Below, in pieces: positions 1 to 8,691 of a DNA stretch of 64,000 nucleotides. This DNA is from Candidatus Hydrogenedentota bacterium. GTDB taxonomy: Bacteria > Hydrogenedentota > Hydrogenedentia > Hydrogenedentales > JAEUWI01. The notes beneath the pieces are model-generated. The model ran no database searches. It was not told where the DNA came from and was given only the letters and a program-made list of their open reading frames with translations. The stretch is from positions 111,821 to 175,820 of the forward strand of contig JAXMOL010000009.1 in the NCBI GenBank assembly GCA_034669905.1, read 5' to 3'. Positions within the stretch are counted from its first letter, which is position 1. The number at the start of each line of letters is the position of its first letter. A program made the position numbers and the translations under genes.

Positions 1-834
1 GTCATGGACTTCTTCCGAGCCAAAGCCGACTTCCCGTTCTACCCGATCAATTTCGTCGCGGCAGGCGGAGATACGGCGCTTAAGGCCCTTGATCTTACGT
101 CCGATCTTAGAGATTTCTTTTGACTTGAGCTTGAACTTGCAAATGATGTCAATCTGCTCGGTGCGGTACTCGGCAATTTTCTTGTCGATATTGGCCCGGC
201 TCTTTTCCGAGAGACCCGTGCGGCGGGAGCGTTTGTCCTGCGCGCCGATGGATTCGTCCAGTTCGACGATTTGTTCCATCAGATCGGGGAGGTCGTTCAC
301 AAAGCGGTGCTGCACCCGGGTGTCTTCATCTTTGCAGATCTGGGCGTAGTTCAACCGGCCAGCGAGCAGCCGCGCACCGATCATCTGCACTTCTTTCAGG
401 GTGTAGGGCGTGCCCAGGATGACGTCATTGAGGTCATCTTCGGCGGCTTCAATGCGCTTGGCAATGGCCACTTCCTGATCTTTGGTCAGCAGGGGCACCC
501 GGCCCATTTCCCGCAGATACATGCGGACGGGGTCGTCGGCCCGTTCCAGACGGGTATGGGCGGCCTCGCGACGAAGTTCGGCCTTCTTGGCGATCTTCTC
601 TTTGCGCTTTTCCTCGGCCTTCTTCTCGGAATCGATCTTCAGATCGTCCACGATTTCGACGTTGGTTTCGCTCAAGGCAACCATGACATCATCGATCTGC
701 GCCGGCGTGGCATCGTTGGGAAGGATCTCGCCCAGCTCGTCATAGGTGAGCTTTCCGGTTTCCTTCGCCCGTTCGATGGCCTCCGTCGTCTTCTGATCGG
801 TAATGATCGATTTCTTTTTCTTCGCTACGGCCAT
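1..834 (-). CDS. rpoD: RNA polymerase primary sigma factor (5' part; runs off the window)
   Basis: Manual translation from ATG at 834: MAVAKKKKSIITDQ...GKLTYDELGEILP (region 1.1)...DDPVRMYLREMGRVPLLTKDQEVAIAKRIE (region 1.2). Lies directly downstream of dnaG. Not in the ORF track because it is truncated. Confidence 0.93.
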   Translation of the reverse strand, partial: MAVAKKKKSIITDQKTTEAIERAKETGKLTYDELGEILPNDATPAQIDDVMVALSETNVEIVDDLKIDSEKKAEEKRKEKIAKKAELRREAAHTRLERADDPVRMYLREMGRVPLLTKDQEVAIAKRIEAAEDDLNDVILGTPYTLKEVQMIGARLLAGRLNYAQICKDEDTRVQHRFVNDLPDLMEQIVELDESIGAQDKRSRRTGLSEKSRANIDKKIAEYRTEQIDIICKFKLKSKEISKIGRKIKGLKRRISACRDEIDRVEREVGFGSEEVHD

Positions 835-877
835 GGCTAACCCTCGATTGGTCCTGCTGGTCGGTGTCGCGGCAACA

Positions 878-2635
878 CTACGATGCCCCGACACGCTCCA
901 ACGCTTGTCCTACTAGTACTTTCTTCTGCAACAATTCGACCATGCGGGCCGTGTCTTGACTCCGTTCGGCTTCCTGAAGCTGAATTTTTAGATTTGCGGC
1001 TTCCGCGCGCAACGCTTCTTTCTTCAGGCGATTCAAACGCAGCCCGACGAGGGCGGCAGGGTCTTTTATGGTGTCCGGCTCCGACGCCGCCGCAGCGGCA
1101 TACAGGCTCCGGGCCTCTTCCGTTCCAAAATCCGTTGCCAGGCGCTGCTCCCCTTCAAAGAGGAGTACGCGTAACACTTCCGCGAGGGGACCGAGGCTAA
1201 GGGCACCCGAATCGAGCAATTCGGTGCGGGCCTTTTCCAGCAACGCGGGATCATTCAACAAGACCGCGACAAAATCCCGGTCGTCTTTGCTCACATAAAT
1301 CGGCCGCGCCTCCGAGATCTCCTCGGTGGGGGGCTGGCGATAGCCCTGGGTGACGAAGCGTTCATACTCGTTGCGGCATGCCCGTTCATTCAGACGCAAT
1401 TCCCGGGCGGTGAGTTTCAGGTACTCGTCCAGTCGTACTTCATCGTCGATATGACGCAAAATCTCAAATATTTCATGGGCTACCGCGGTTGCGCCTTCAA
1501 TGCTGCTGAGCCTGGATTCGCTCTGCTGCGCATAAAAGGTCACAAAATCCGGCGCATCCTTCAGTTGCGCGCGAAAGGCATCCGCACCGGCATGACGAAT
1601 ATAGTCGTCCGGGTCCTGTCCGTCGGGCAGGGCCATACCGCGGACGGCAAGACCGGCGGCCGTCAACACACCGGTGCCTTTCATGGCGGCCGCGATGCCA
1701 GCCGCGTCGCCGTCATACACCAACACCACATCGGGCACATAGCGGCGAATCAGCGACGCCTGCTCTGGCGTGAGCGCCGTGCCGCATGTGGCAACCACAT
1801 TCTCTATACCCGCATCGAAACAGCGGAGGGCATCAAAATAGCCTTCCACCAGGATGACAAACTTCTCACGGCGCATGGCGTCCCGGGCTTCGTGCAGCCC
1901 ATAGAGCACCTTGCTCTTCCGGTAGACCTGGGTCTCTGGCGAATTAATATACTTGGCCGGGCTGTCGCCCAGATCGCGGCCACCGAAGGCCACCACATTG
2001 CCCGATACATCCTTGATCGGAAAAATCAGCCGATCCCGAAAGGTGTCGTAATAATTGCCGCGCTCACCCTGCTTGATGAGGCCACTGCTATCCAATACCT
2101 TCTGGTCGGTACCTTTCTTCACGGCGGCATCATACAGGGAGTGCCATTCGTCGGGCACCACACCCAGGCCAAAGCGCTCGATGGTCTCGGGCTTGAGCGC
2201 ACGGGTCTCCAAATAGGTGCGGCCTTTTTCGCCGCGTTGGGGATGTTTCAACAGGGCACGGTAGTATTTGCTGGCGCTCTTGTTAAAGGCTAACAATTGT
2301 ATGCGCAGTCCGTCCCGTTCCTGGCTCGCTTCCGTGACCGCAGGGAGGCGTACGCTTCCGCGATCAGCCAGTTGTTGCAGGGCTTCTGTGAAATCGAGTC
2401 CTTCATGTTCCTGGACAAAGCTCAGGGCGTCGCCACTCTTGCCACAGCCAAAACAGTGGTAATACTGTCGATCAACGCTGACGGTGAACGAGGGTGTTTT
2501 TTCGCGGTGAAAGGGGCACAGGGCCTTCATTCGTCCGCCACCGGCGTTTTTCAATTCCACATGCGCGCCGATTACCTGGACAATATCATTGGCCGCCAGG
2601 ACTTCCGCAATCACTTCTCGTGGATACATTGGCAC
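878..2635 (-). CDS. dnaG: DNA primase
   Basis: Zinc finger CPFH...TPSF...CFGC; KYINSPET; TOPRIM motifs EGYFD and YDGDAAG; DPDD. Confidence 0.97.
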   Translation of the reverse strand: MPMYPREVIAEVLAANDIVQVIGAHVELKNAGGGRMKALCPFHREKTPSFTVSVDRQYYHCFGCGKSGDALSFVQEHEGLDFTEALQQLADRGSVRLPAVTEASQERDGLRIQLLAFNKSASKYYRALLKHPQRGEKGRTYLETRALKPETIERFGLGVVPDEWHSLYDAAVKKGTDQKVLDSSGLIKQGERGNYYDTFRDRLIFPIKDVSGNVVAFGGRDLGDSPAKYINSPETQVYRKSKVLYGLHEARDAMRREKFVILVEGYFDALRCFDAGIENVVATCGTALTPEQASLIRRYVPDVVLVYDGDAAGIAAAMKGTGVLTAAGLAVRGMALPDGQDPDDYIRHAGADAFRAQLKDAPDFVTFYAQQSESRLSSIEGATAVAHEIFEILRHIDDEVRLDEYLKLTARELRLNERACRNEYERFVTQGYRQPPTEEISEARPIYVSKDDRDFVAVLLNDPALLEKARTELLDSGALSLGPLAEVLRVLLFEGEQRLATDFGTEEARSLYAAAAASEPDTIKDPAALVGLRLNRLKKEALRAEAANLKIQLQEAERSQDTARMVELLQKKVLVGQALERVGAS

Positions 2636-2800
2636 GCGCCGGAGAACACCTTTCCAAGCAAATCAATTCTTCGAAACCCGCATACCCCTTAACAGATTCC
2701 ATAAATTATGTTGTAGCTACTACCCACCTATGGATAGGCACAGCACGGCCCAAGGATCTGTCAAGACGTGAATGCACTATACCACGCCACGGGATTCTTG

Positions 2801-3547
2801 TCAAATATCGGGCGTCTTGGGAGCGCGCGGAAGGATGCCCAGCCAGGAACCCAGGCGGTACCGGAGGATGAGCAGGATCATCTGGCAGCCCAGGGTAAAG
2901 GCGCGGAAGAGACTGCCCGTCACGGAGGATTCGCCCACCCGTTTCCGGTAGTTGACGGGGATTTCCACAAAGGGAAAGCCGTTCAAGATAACGAGCAGCA
3001 TGAGCTGGGGGCCGAAGTGAGAGCCCCCAATCGTGAATTGGGGGCGGATTTTTTCATAGGCGTCTCGGTGGAGGAGACGCATGGTGCAGCCCACGTCGCT
3101 GAGGAAGGTGGTGTTGAAGAGAAATTCCATGAGCTTGCCGACGGCATAGTTGCCCCACTTGAGAAAGATCCCCATGTTGGCCCCGTCCCACACAAATTCC
3201 CGGGCGGTCCGGGTGCCGAAGACCACCGGCACGTCATCGCTGAAGGCCAGCAGCTTGATCACATCATTGCCGGAAAAGGTGCCGTCGGGCTCGGCGATGA
3301 TGAGGAGCTCGCCTTCGGCTTCTTCCAGGCCCTTCCAGATGGCCCGGCCATAGCCCTGGGCGCTTTCGTAGACCAGGCGGGCGTCGGTGGGGGCCACTTC
3401 CTCATCCGTCCCCTCCGCTGCATTGTTATTGACGACGATGATTTCATCCACGTAGCCCGAGGCAAAAAAATCCTCAATGGCCGCCCGGATAGAGTCCTTT
3501 TCGTTGTAGGTAGGAAAGATTACCGATACTTTTTTATCGCGCCACAT
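2801..3547 (-). CDS. Glycosyltransferase family 2 (polyprenol-phosphate glycosyltransferase-like)
   Basis: SVIFPTYNE, EIIVVNN, GYGRA, EPDG (DxD-like), EIPVNYRKRVGES. Confidence 0.85.
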   Translation of the reverse strand: MWRDKKVSVIFPTYNEKDSIRAAIEDFFASGYVDEIIVVNNNAAEGTDEEVAPTDARLVYESAQGYGRAIWKGLEEAEGELLIIAEPDGTFSGNDVIKLLAFSDDVPVVFGTRTAREFVWDGANMGIFLKWGNYAVGKLMEFLFNTTFLSDVGCTMRLLHRDAYEKIRPQFTIGGSHFGPQLMLLVILNGFPFVEIPVNYRKRVGESSVTGSLFRAFTLGCQMILLILRYRLGSWLGILPRAPKTPDI

Positions 3548-3597
3548 ACAAACCTCGTCTCATCGCCCTGCCCGATGGTGGGCACGCACGTTGGGGT

Positions 3598-5034
3598 TTA
3601 CCAGTAGGTGTAAAAGAAGGACTCAATGAACCAGCACTGAAACAGTAGAAAGGACACCGTGGCCAAGAGGGGGCCGGTGTGCTGTTGTTGCGCAATTCCC
3701 CGGCCCAGGTAGTGGGCCGCCGGGATGACCAGAAAGGGGAAGAGATAGAGGGCAGACCGTTCACCTTCCCCCCGGGCCAGGTAGAGGAGGTTCAGCACGA
3801 TAAGCATCAGGGCGAATATCCACCAGCGGTGACGCAGTGTGGGGTCGCCGCGGAAAAACTCCCGGATGGCCAGCACCGATACGGGGATGCCCGCGAAGAA
3901 GAACCAGCACGCCGGGTTGAGAATGCGGTAGGTCCAGGCCGGGAGGCGGGGGGAGAGGATGTCCAGATGGGCCTGATCCTGGTCGAATTGCTGCTTGGCC
4001 ATTAGAAAGGTCTCATAGATATTGAAGCCTGACCACCAGTAGACCGCCCCGATGACGCTGAGCAGACCCAGCACCATGAGCAGGGCGGTTTGAAAAACGT
4101 TGCGCCGTGTTTCGGGATTCCGCAGCATCCAGAGTCCCACCAGACCAAAATAGGCCCCCATGCCAATAAGAGAGAATTTCAGCAGGGTCATGACGCCATA
4201 GCCGATCCCTGCGAGAAGGCCGAAGCGGGTAGAACAGTGCCGGATGGCCCGTTCAAAGCAGTAGAGGGTCGTGAGGGTGAAGGGCGTGAAGAGGGCATCG
4301 GCGCTGGTGGCGGTGAAGAGCACGATGGAAGGCACCAGGCTGTAGCAGACACAGGCGATAAAGGCGGTCCGTTGATTGGTGATCATACGGGCCCAGCCAT
4401 AGAGGGGGAAAATGGCGAGGCTGCTGACCACGATGGTCGCTACGGAGAGACTGAAGGGGGAGTTGCCCACAAAATAGGACAGGAACCACAAGAGCGCGAT
4501 GGGTCCGGGGGGATGGACCTTTGCGTGCATCGACAAATAGGGGAAGAGGTTGTCGTCTGTATAGCGTTCAAAAAGCTGTTGGATATTTCGGGTTTTTCCA
4601 ATGTCCCCGATGTATTCATAGGTCTGGCGGTTGTAGGCCTGCTCGATGCCCCACCACCCGTCCCGAATCATGGCAATGGCGGCCGCAAAGAACACCGCAA
4701 AGAGGAAAACGCCGCCGAGCAACCACAGGGCCTCCTTGCGGGAACGTTCATCGGGCGATAGGAGCACGGGGAAAAGGAATCGACGGAGTACTAAGAGCCC
4801 CGTACCCGCCACGATCAGGGTCGGAATCTGCCAGCGGAGATCGGCAAACGAGGTGAGCGCAGGTGAAAAAAGGGCATAAAATGGTGTAGGGTGTCCGTAG
4901 ATGCTTTCCAGGCCCACGAGCCAGAGTCCTCCCATAAGGAGGAGATACCCGGCCATAGTGCGGGTAAATAGACTGGTTACGTCCCCCCCCGAGGGGGCAG
5001 GTACTTCCTGAATGCGGCGCTGCATGGGCCGCAT
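3598..5034 (-). CDS. Polytopic membrane glycosyltransferase (GT-C / ArnT-PMT-like)
   Basis: Many TM segments and an HPPG motif; adjacent to the GT2 gene. Start probably ATG 5034 or 5025 rather than 5226. Confidence 0.6.
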   Translation of the reverse strand: MRPMQRRIQEVPAPSGGDVTSLFTRTMAGYLLLMGGLWLVGLESIYGHPTPFYALFSPALTSFADLRWQIPTLIVAGTGLLVLRRFLFPVLLSPDERSRKEALWLLGGVFLFAVFFAAAIAMIRDGWWGIEQAYNRQTYEYIGDIGKTRNIQQLFERYTDDNLFPYLSMHAKVHPPGPIALLWFLSYFVGNSPFSLSVATIVVSSLAIFPLYGWARMITNQRTAFIACVCYSLVPSIVLFTATSADALFTPFTLTTLYCFERAIRHCSTRFGLLAGIGYGVMTLLKFSLIGMGAYFGLVGLWMLRNPETRRNVFQTALLMVLGLLSVIGAVYWWSGFNIYETFLMAKQQFDQDQAHLDILSPRLPAWTYRILNPACWFFFAGIPVSVLAIREFFRGDPTLRHRWWIFALMLIVLNLLYLARGEGERSALYLFPFLVIPAAHYLGRGIAQQQHTGPLLATVSFLLFQCWFIESFFYTYW

Positions 5035-5247
5035 TGTAGCGGAGGGCGCTGGAAGATGTAAATACCCGCGTACCTTGGGGTTTTGACACGGGACGGTCAC
5101 CCGTAGTCGAGGAGGGGATGTTCCATTTCTGTGGAACCTCCGAGCCCCTACCGGGTATACTATGCAGTGTATAATAGCCGAGTTCTCCACCACATTTTGT
5201 AGTCTGACGACGTGCACCGTTCGCAACTTCTGGGTTTATGTTGAGTA

Positions 5248-6273
5248 TTGATGGACAATCGATTCGAACAATATTGGCGATCCACGCTGTATCGCCCCCG
5301 GCTTCGTTACAAGCTGGCCCTATCCATTGCGATCCATTTCTTGCTGATCGGGGGAATATTCGGATATCTCAATTGGCGTCCCCCAACGACGCCCCCTGAG
5401 GTATTCGAAGTTCAGATCATGCAGACTTCCTCGGCGGTCTCCGATACGGCGACCCGGGAAGTGGTAGAAAATCCGGTGGAAGAGTCTGTGCCCGAGCCCA
5501 CGCCCGAGCCCGAACCGGCCCCCCCGGAACCAATGCCCGAGCCCACCCCCGAGCCGACGCCGCCTCCCGCGCCGGAGCCGGAGCCGAAAGTGGAGCCGGT
5601 AAAGCCACCCGAGCCCAAGGTCGAGCCGCCGAAACCGCGGGAAGATAAAGAAGCCCTGGCGAAGGCGGAAGAGCGCAAGCGCGCCGAAGAAAAGAAAAAG
5701 GAAGAAACGCGCCTCGCCGAGGAAAAGCGCAAGGAAGAAGAGAAGAAGAAAGCAGAAGCGGAGGCCAAGAAAAAGGCCGAAGCCGAAAAGAAAAAGAAGG
5801 AAGAGGCAGAAAAGAAGCGCCTCGAGGAAGAGAAGAAGAAGGAAGAAGCCAAGAAGCGCGAAGAAGAGAAGAAGCGCGAGGAGGCCATGGAGAAGAAGGC
5901 GGAGGAGGATCGAAAGAAGAAGGAATCGCTGGCCAAGAATCAGGGCGTAGCGACACAAGGTGTCGAAGAAGCCCAACTGCCCACGGCCCTCAGCGGCTGG
6001 GCAGCCCTGGTCAAGCGCAAAGTAGATAGAAACTGGGTCTTGCCCGCCGGGATCAGCCTCGGCGAAGAGGGGGAGACCATTAAAGTGGGTTTCGTCGTGG
6101 CCAGCAATGGCGCTATTATGGACGGGCCCACCCTATTGGAAGGGTCTGGACAGGCAGCCTTGGACACCTCGTGTGTCAATACCATTAAGACATCGTTGCC
6201 TTTGCCTCCCTTTCCCACCGGTTTCAATGAGCCGGAGCAATATGTGGTTTATGTTTTCAGAGCACTACCCTAA
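5248..6273 (+). CDS. tolA: TolA/TonB-family energy transducer
   Basis: N-terminal TM helix with SIAIH, Pro/Glu-rich then Lys/Glu/Ala-rich linker, TonB_C-like C-terminus; immediately upstream of tolB. Confidence 0.75.
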   Translation: MMDNRFEQYWRSTLYRPRLRYKLALSIAIHFLLIGGIFGYLNWRPPTTPPEVFEVQIMQTSSAVSDTATREVVENPVEESVPEPTPEPEPAPPEPMPEPTPEPTPPPAPEPEPKVEPVKPPEPKVEPPKPREDKEALAKAEERKRAEEKKKEETRLAEEKRKEEEKKKAEAEAKKKAEAEKKKKEEAEKKRLEEEKKKEEAKKREEEKKREEAMEKKAEEDRKKKESLAKNQGVATQGVEEAQLPTALSGWAALVKRKVDRNWVLPAGISLGEEGETIKVGFVVASNGAIMDGPTLLEGSGQAALDTSCVNTIKTSLPLPPFPTGFNEPEQYVVYVFRALP

Positions 6274-6291
6274 GTCGAAGAGGAGACTATT

Positions 6292-7605
6292 TTGAAACTC
6301 ATCATGTGGTATGCCATGGCCGTGCTGTGCACCGTGTCACTTGTCGTGGATGTGGCACAGGCCCAGGTGCAGATTGTGGGTGAAGGGCGTAATGTGGACA
6401 CGCGTATCCCCATCGCCGTGCCTCCCTGTGCGGCGGCCGACCCCGCCTTGACGGCCCTGGCGACTGAACTCGCCCAGGTCGTGGCCGACGATCTCGCCTT
6501 TTCTGGCCTTTTTAAGGTCTTGCCGGCCGACAAATATCCCATTGGTTTTCTGGCCCTCGATCCCGATGTGCAGAAGCTGAATCGGGATATGTGGGCCTCG
6601 ACCAAGGCCGAACACTTTGTCTTTGGTAACCTTAAGCAGGAAGGGGACCAGCTCGTCACGGAGTTTCGCCTTTTTGACCTGTTGACGAAAAACCAGGTCT
6701 TTGGGCTCCAGCTCAAGGTCGACAAGAATCATCCCCGTCTGGCCGCCCACCATTTCTCCGAGGAGATCATTCGGAATCTGGAAGGTACACCGGGAATCGC
6801 GACCTCGGAAATCTGCTTCAGCGCCGGTGCGACGGGTAGTAAAGAAATCTATGTGGCCGATTATGACGGCGCCAATATGCAGCAGGTGACCAAGCACAAC
6901 TCCATCTCCATCAAGCCGAAACTGTCGCCCGATGGCAGCAAAATTGCCTACCTTTCCTACAAAGACCGCTATACCTTCCTTTATGTCTTTGATCGGATGA
7001 CCGGCAAGTCGGTGCCCCTTTCCAAAGAAGTGGGTCTGAACATCGCTCCGGCCTGGTCGCCCGACGGAAAGACCCTGGCCCACGTCTTGAGTAAAGACGG
7101 TAACAACGAGATTTACCTGCGTGACGCCGATGGCAGCAACCTGCGTCGCCTGACCCGCAACCGCGACGTGGATACCTCCCCGGTCTTTTCGCCCGATGGG
7201 ACGCGTATTGCCTTTGTCAGTGACCGGGGCGGTAGCCCCCAGGTCTATACGATGGATCTGAATGGCGAGGATGCCAAGCGCCTCTCCTTCCAGGGGGGCA
7301 GTTCCTACGATCCCGCCTGGTCGCCCGATGGCAAGTACATCGCCTATGTCGCAGAGAAAAAAGGCGACGGGCTGGAAATTTACATCATGCATTCAGACGG
7401 CTCCAACGCCCAACGCATTTCCGACAGCCAGGGCAGCAATGAGTCCCCGAGCTGGTCGGCCGATTCGCGTCACATTATCTTCAGTTCCACGCGGAATGGC
7501 CAGAAGAGCCTCTACACCTTCTCCCTCGAATCGGGTGAAGAGCGGAAGATGCCACGGATCACCCTTTCCTGCGAAGGCCCTTCCTGGGGACCCCGCCGGA
7601 ACTAA
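6292..7605 (+). CDS. tolB: Tol-Pal system beta-propeller protein TolB
   Basis: Signal peptide, TolB_N (IPIAVP, DDLAFSGLF), repeated PxWSPDG (PD40) blades. Confidence 0.92.
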   Translation: MKLIMWYAMAVLCTVSLVVDVAQAQVQIVGEGRNVDTRIPIAVPPCAAADPALTALATELAQVVADDLAFSGLFKVLPADKYPIGFLALDPDVQKLNRDMWASTKAEHFVFGNLKQEGDQLVTEFRLFDLLTKNQVFGLQLKVDKNHPRLAAHHFSEEIIRNLEGTPGIATSEICFSAGATGSKEIYVADYDGANMQQVTKHNSISIKPKLSPDGSKIAYLSYKDRYTFLYVFDRMTGKSVPLSKEVGLNIAPAWSPDGKTLAHVLSKDGNNEIYLRDADGSNLRRLTRNRDVDTSPVFSPDGTRIAFVSDRGGSPQVYTMDLNGEDAKRLSFQGGSSYDPAWSPDGKYIAYVAEKKGDGLEIYIMHSDGSNAQRISDSQGSNESPSWSADSRHIIFSSTRNGQKSLYTFSLESGEERKMPRITLSCEGPSWGPRRN

Positions 7606-7644
7606 TCCGCGTTTTTCGACCAGAGAATTCGATAAGCTATCTCC

Positions 7645-7682
7645 CGTCATCCCTGCGACTTTGCAGGGATGACGTTCCTTTC
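7645..7682 (+). terminator. Probable intrinsic terminator after tolB
   Basis: Perfect 12-bp stem CGTCATCCCTGC/GCAGGGATGACG followed by TTCCTTTC. Confidence 0.55.
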
Positions 7683-7755
7683 GGGTAAGATAGTGGGGCG
7701 TGCGTCGGTGTGCATGGCGCACGCGCGTTTAAATTAACCATCAGGTAAGAGGCCC

Positions 7756-8220
7756 ATGGGCGAAAAAAACATCACACAGAACCGGATGGCCCGGCGGAAT
7801 TACGAAATCCTGGATACCTACGAAGCCGGTATTGTGCTCGTGGGTACCGAGGTCAAATCCCTCCGGGAGCCGGGTACCATGACCTTGAAAGACAGCTTTG
7901 CCGATATCCGGAAAAAAGGTGAGCTCTTTCTCATCGGAGCCCGCATTGAGCCCTACAAAATGGGTAACATTTACAACCATGATCCCGAGCGGGCCCGTAA
8001 GCTCCTCATGCACAAAAAAGAAATCGAGAAGCTCGCCCAGCGGATTGCAGAGAAGGGACTGACCCTCGTACCCCTGAGCGTCTATTTCAAGCGCGGGATG
8101 GTCAAGGTGCAACTGGGGATGGGCCGTGGTAAGAATGTTCGCGATAAGCGGGACACCATCAAGGCCCGCGAAAGCAAGATCGAGATGGACCGCGCGTTGA
8201 AGCACGTGGGACGCTCGTAG
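7756..8220 (+). CDS. smpB: SsrA-binding protein
   Basis: NRMARRNYEILDTYEAGIVLVGTEVKSLR; HDPERARKLLMHKKEI; DKRDTIK. Confidence 0.97.
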   Translation: MGEKNITQNRMARRNYEILDTYEAGIVLVGTEVKSLREPGTMTLKDSFADIRKKGELFLIGARIEPYKMGNIYNHDPERARKLLMHKKEIEKLAQRIAEKGLTLVPLSVYFKRGMVKVQLGMGRGKNVRDKRDTIKARESKIEMDRALKHVGRS

Positions 8221-8259
8221 CATTTATCTGACGCCCACCCACGAACCGGAGTTTGAAGA

Positions 8260-8688
8260 ATGCGTCACGCCCTTCCCGGTAAGCAGCCCCTTCTTGTAAC
8301 CCTTCCGCTCAAGGTGCAGACCTACGACATCGATTTTGCGAACCATGTGAACAACCAGGTCTATGTCCGCTGGCTGGAAGATCTCCGAATGGACCTGCTC
8401 CGCGCCTATTACCCCATCAAGCGTTTCATGGATGAGGGGGTGGCACCGATTCTTGCCTCTACCCACATCACCTACAAGAAGGCCATCACCCTTTACGATG
8501 AGCCCGTAGGGACCATGTGGTGCCCCCAGTTGGGTCGGGCCACGATGAATCTCGAATGCCTCATCGAAGTGGACGGTGCCCGCTGTGCCCACGCCACCCA
8601 TCGGGTCATGCTCGTCAATCTGGCGACGGGAAGGCCTTCCCGCACGCCCCAGGACCTCTTTGACGCCTTTGACCAGGGCAACGGCTGA
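8260..8688 (+). CDS. Acyl-CoA thioesterase (4HBT/YbgC-like hotdog fold)
   Basis: YDIDFANHVNNQVYVRWLE motif. Confidence 0.85.
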   Translation: MRHALPGKQPLLVTLPLKVQTYDIDFANHVNNQVYVRWLEDLRMDLLRAYYPIKRFMDEGVAPILASTHITYKKAITLYDEPVGTMWCPQLGRATMNLECLIEVDGARCAHATHRVMLVNLATGRPSRTPQDLFDAFDQGNG

Positions 8689-8691
8689 CGC

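Noticed and set aside
5490..5930. CCCGAG/GAGCCG and GAAGAAAAG tandem-like repeats
   Set aside because: They are coding low-complexity PE and KE linkers of TolA, not a CRISPR or DNA repeat element.
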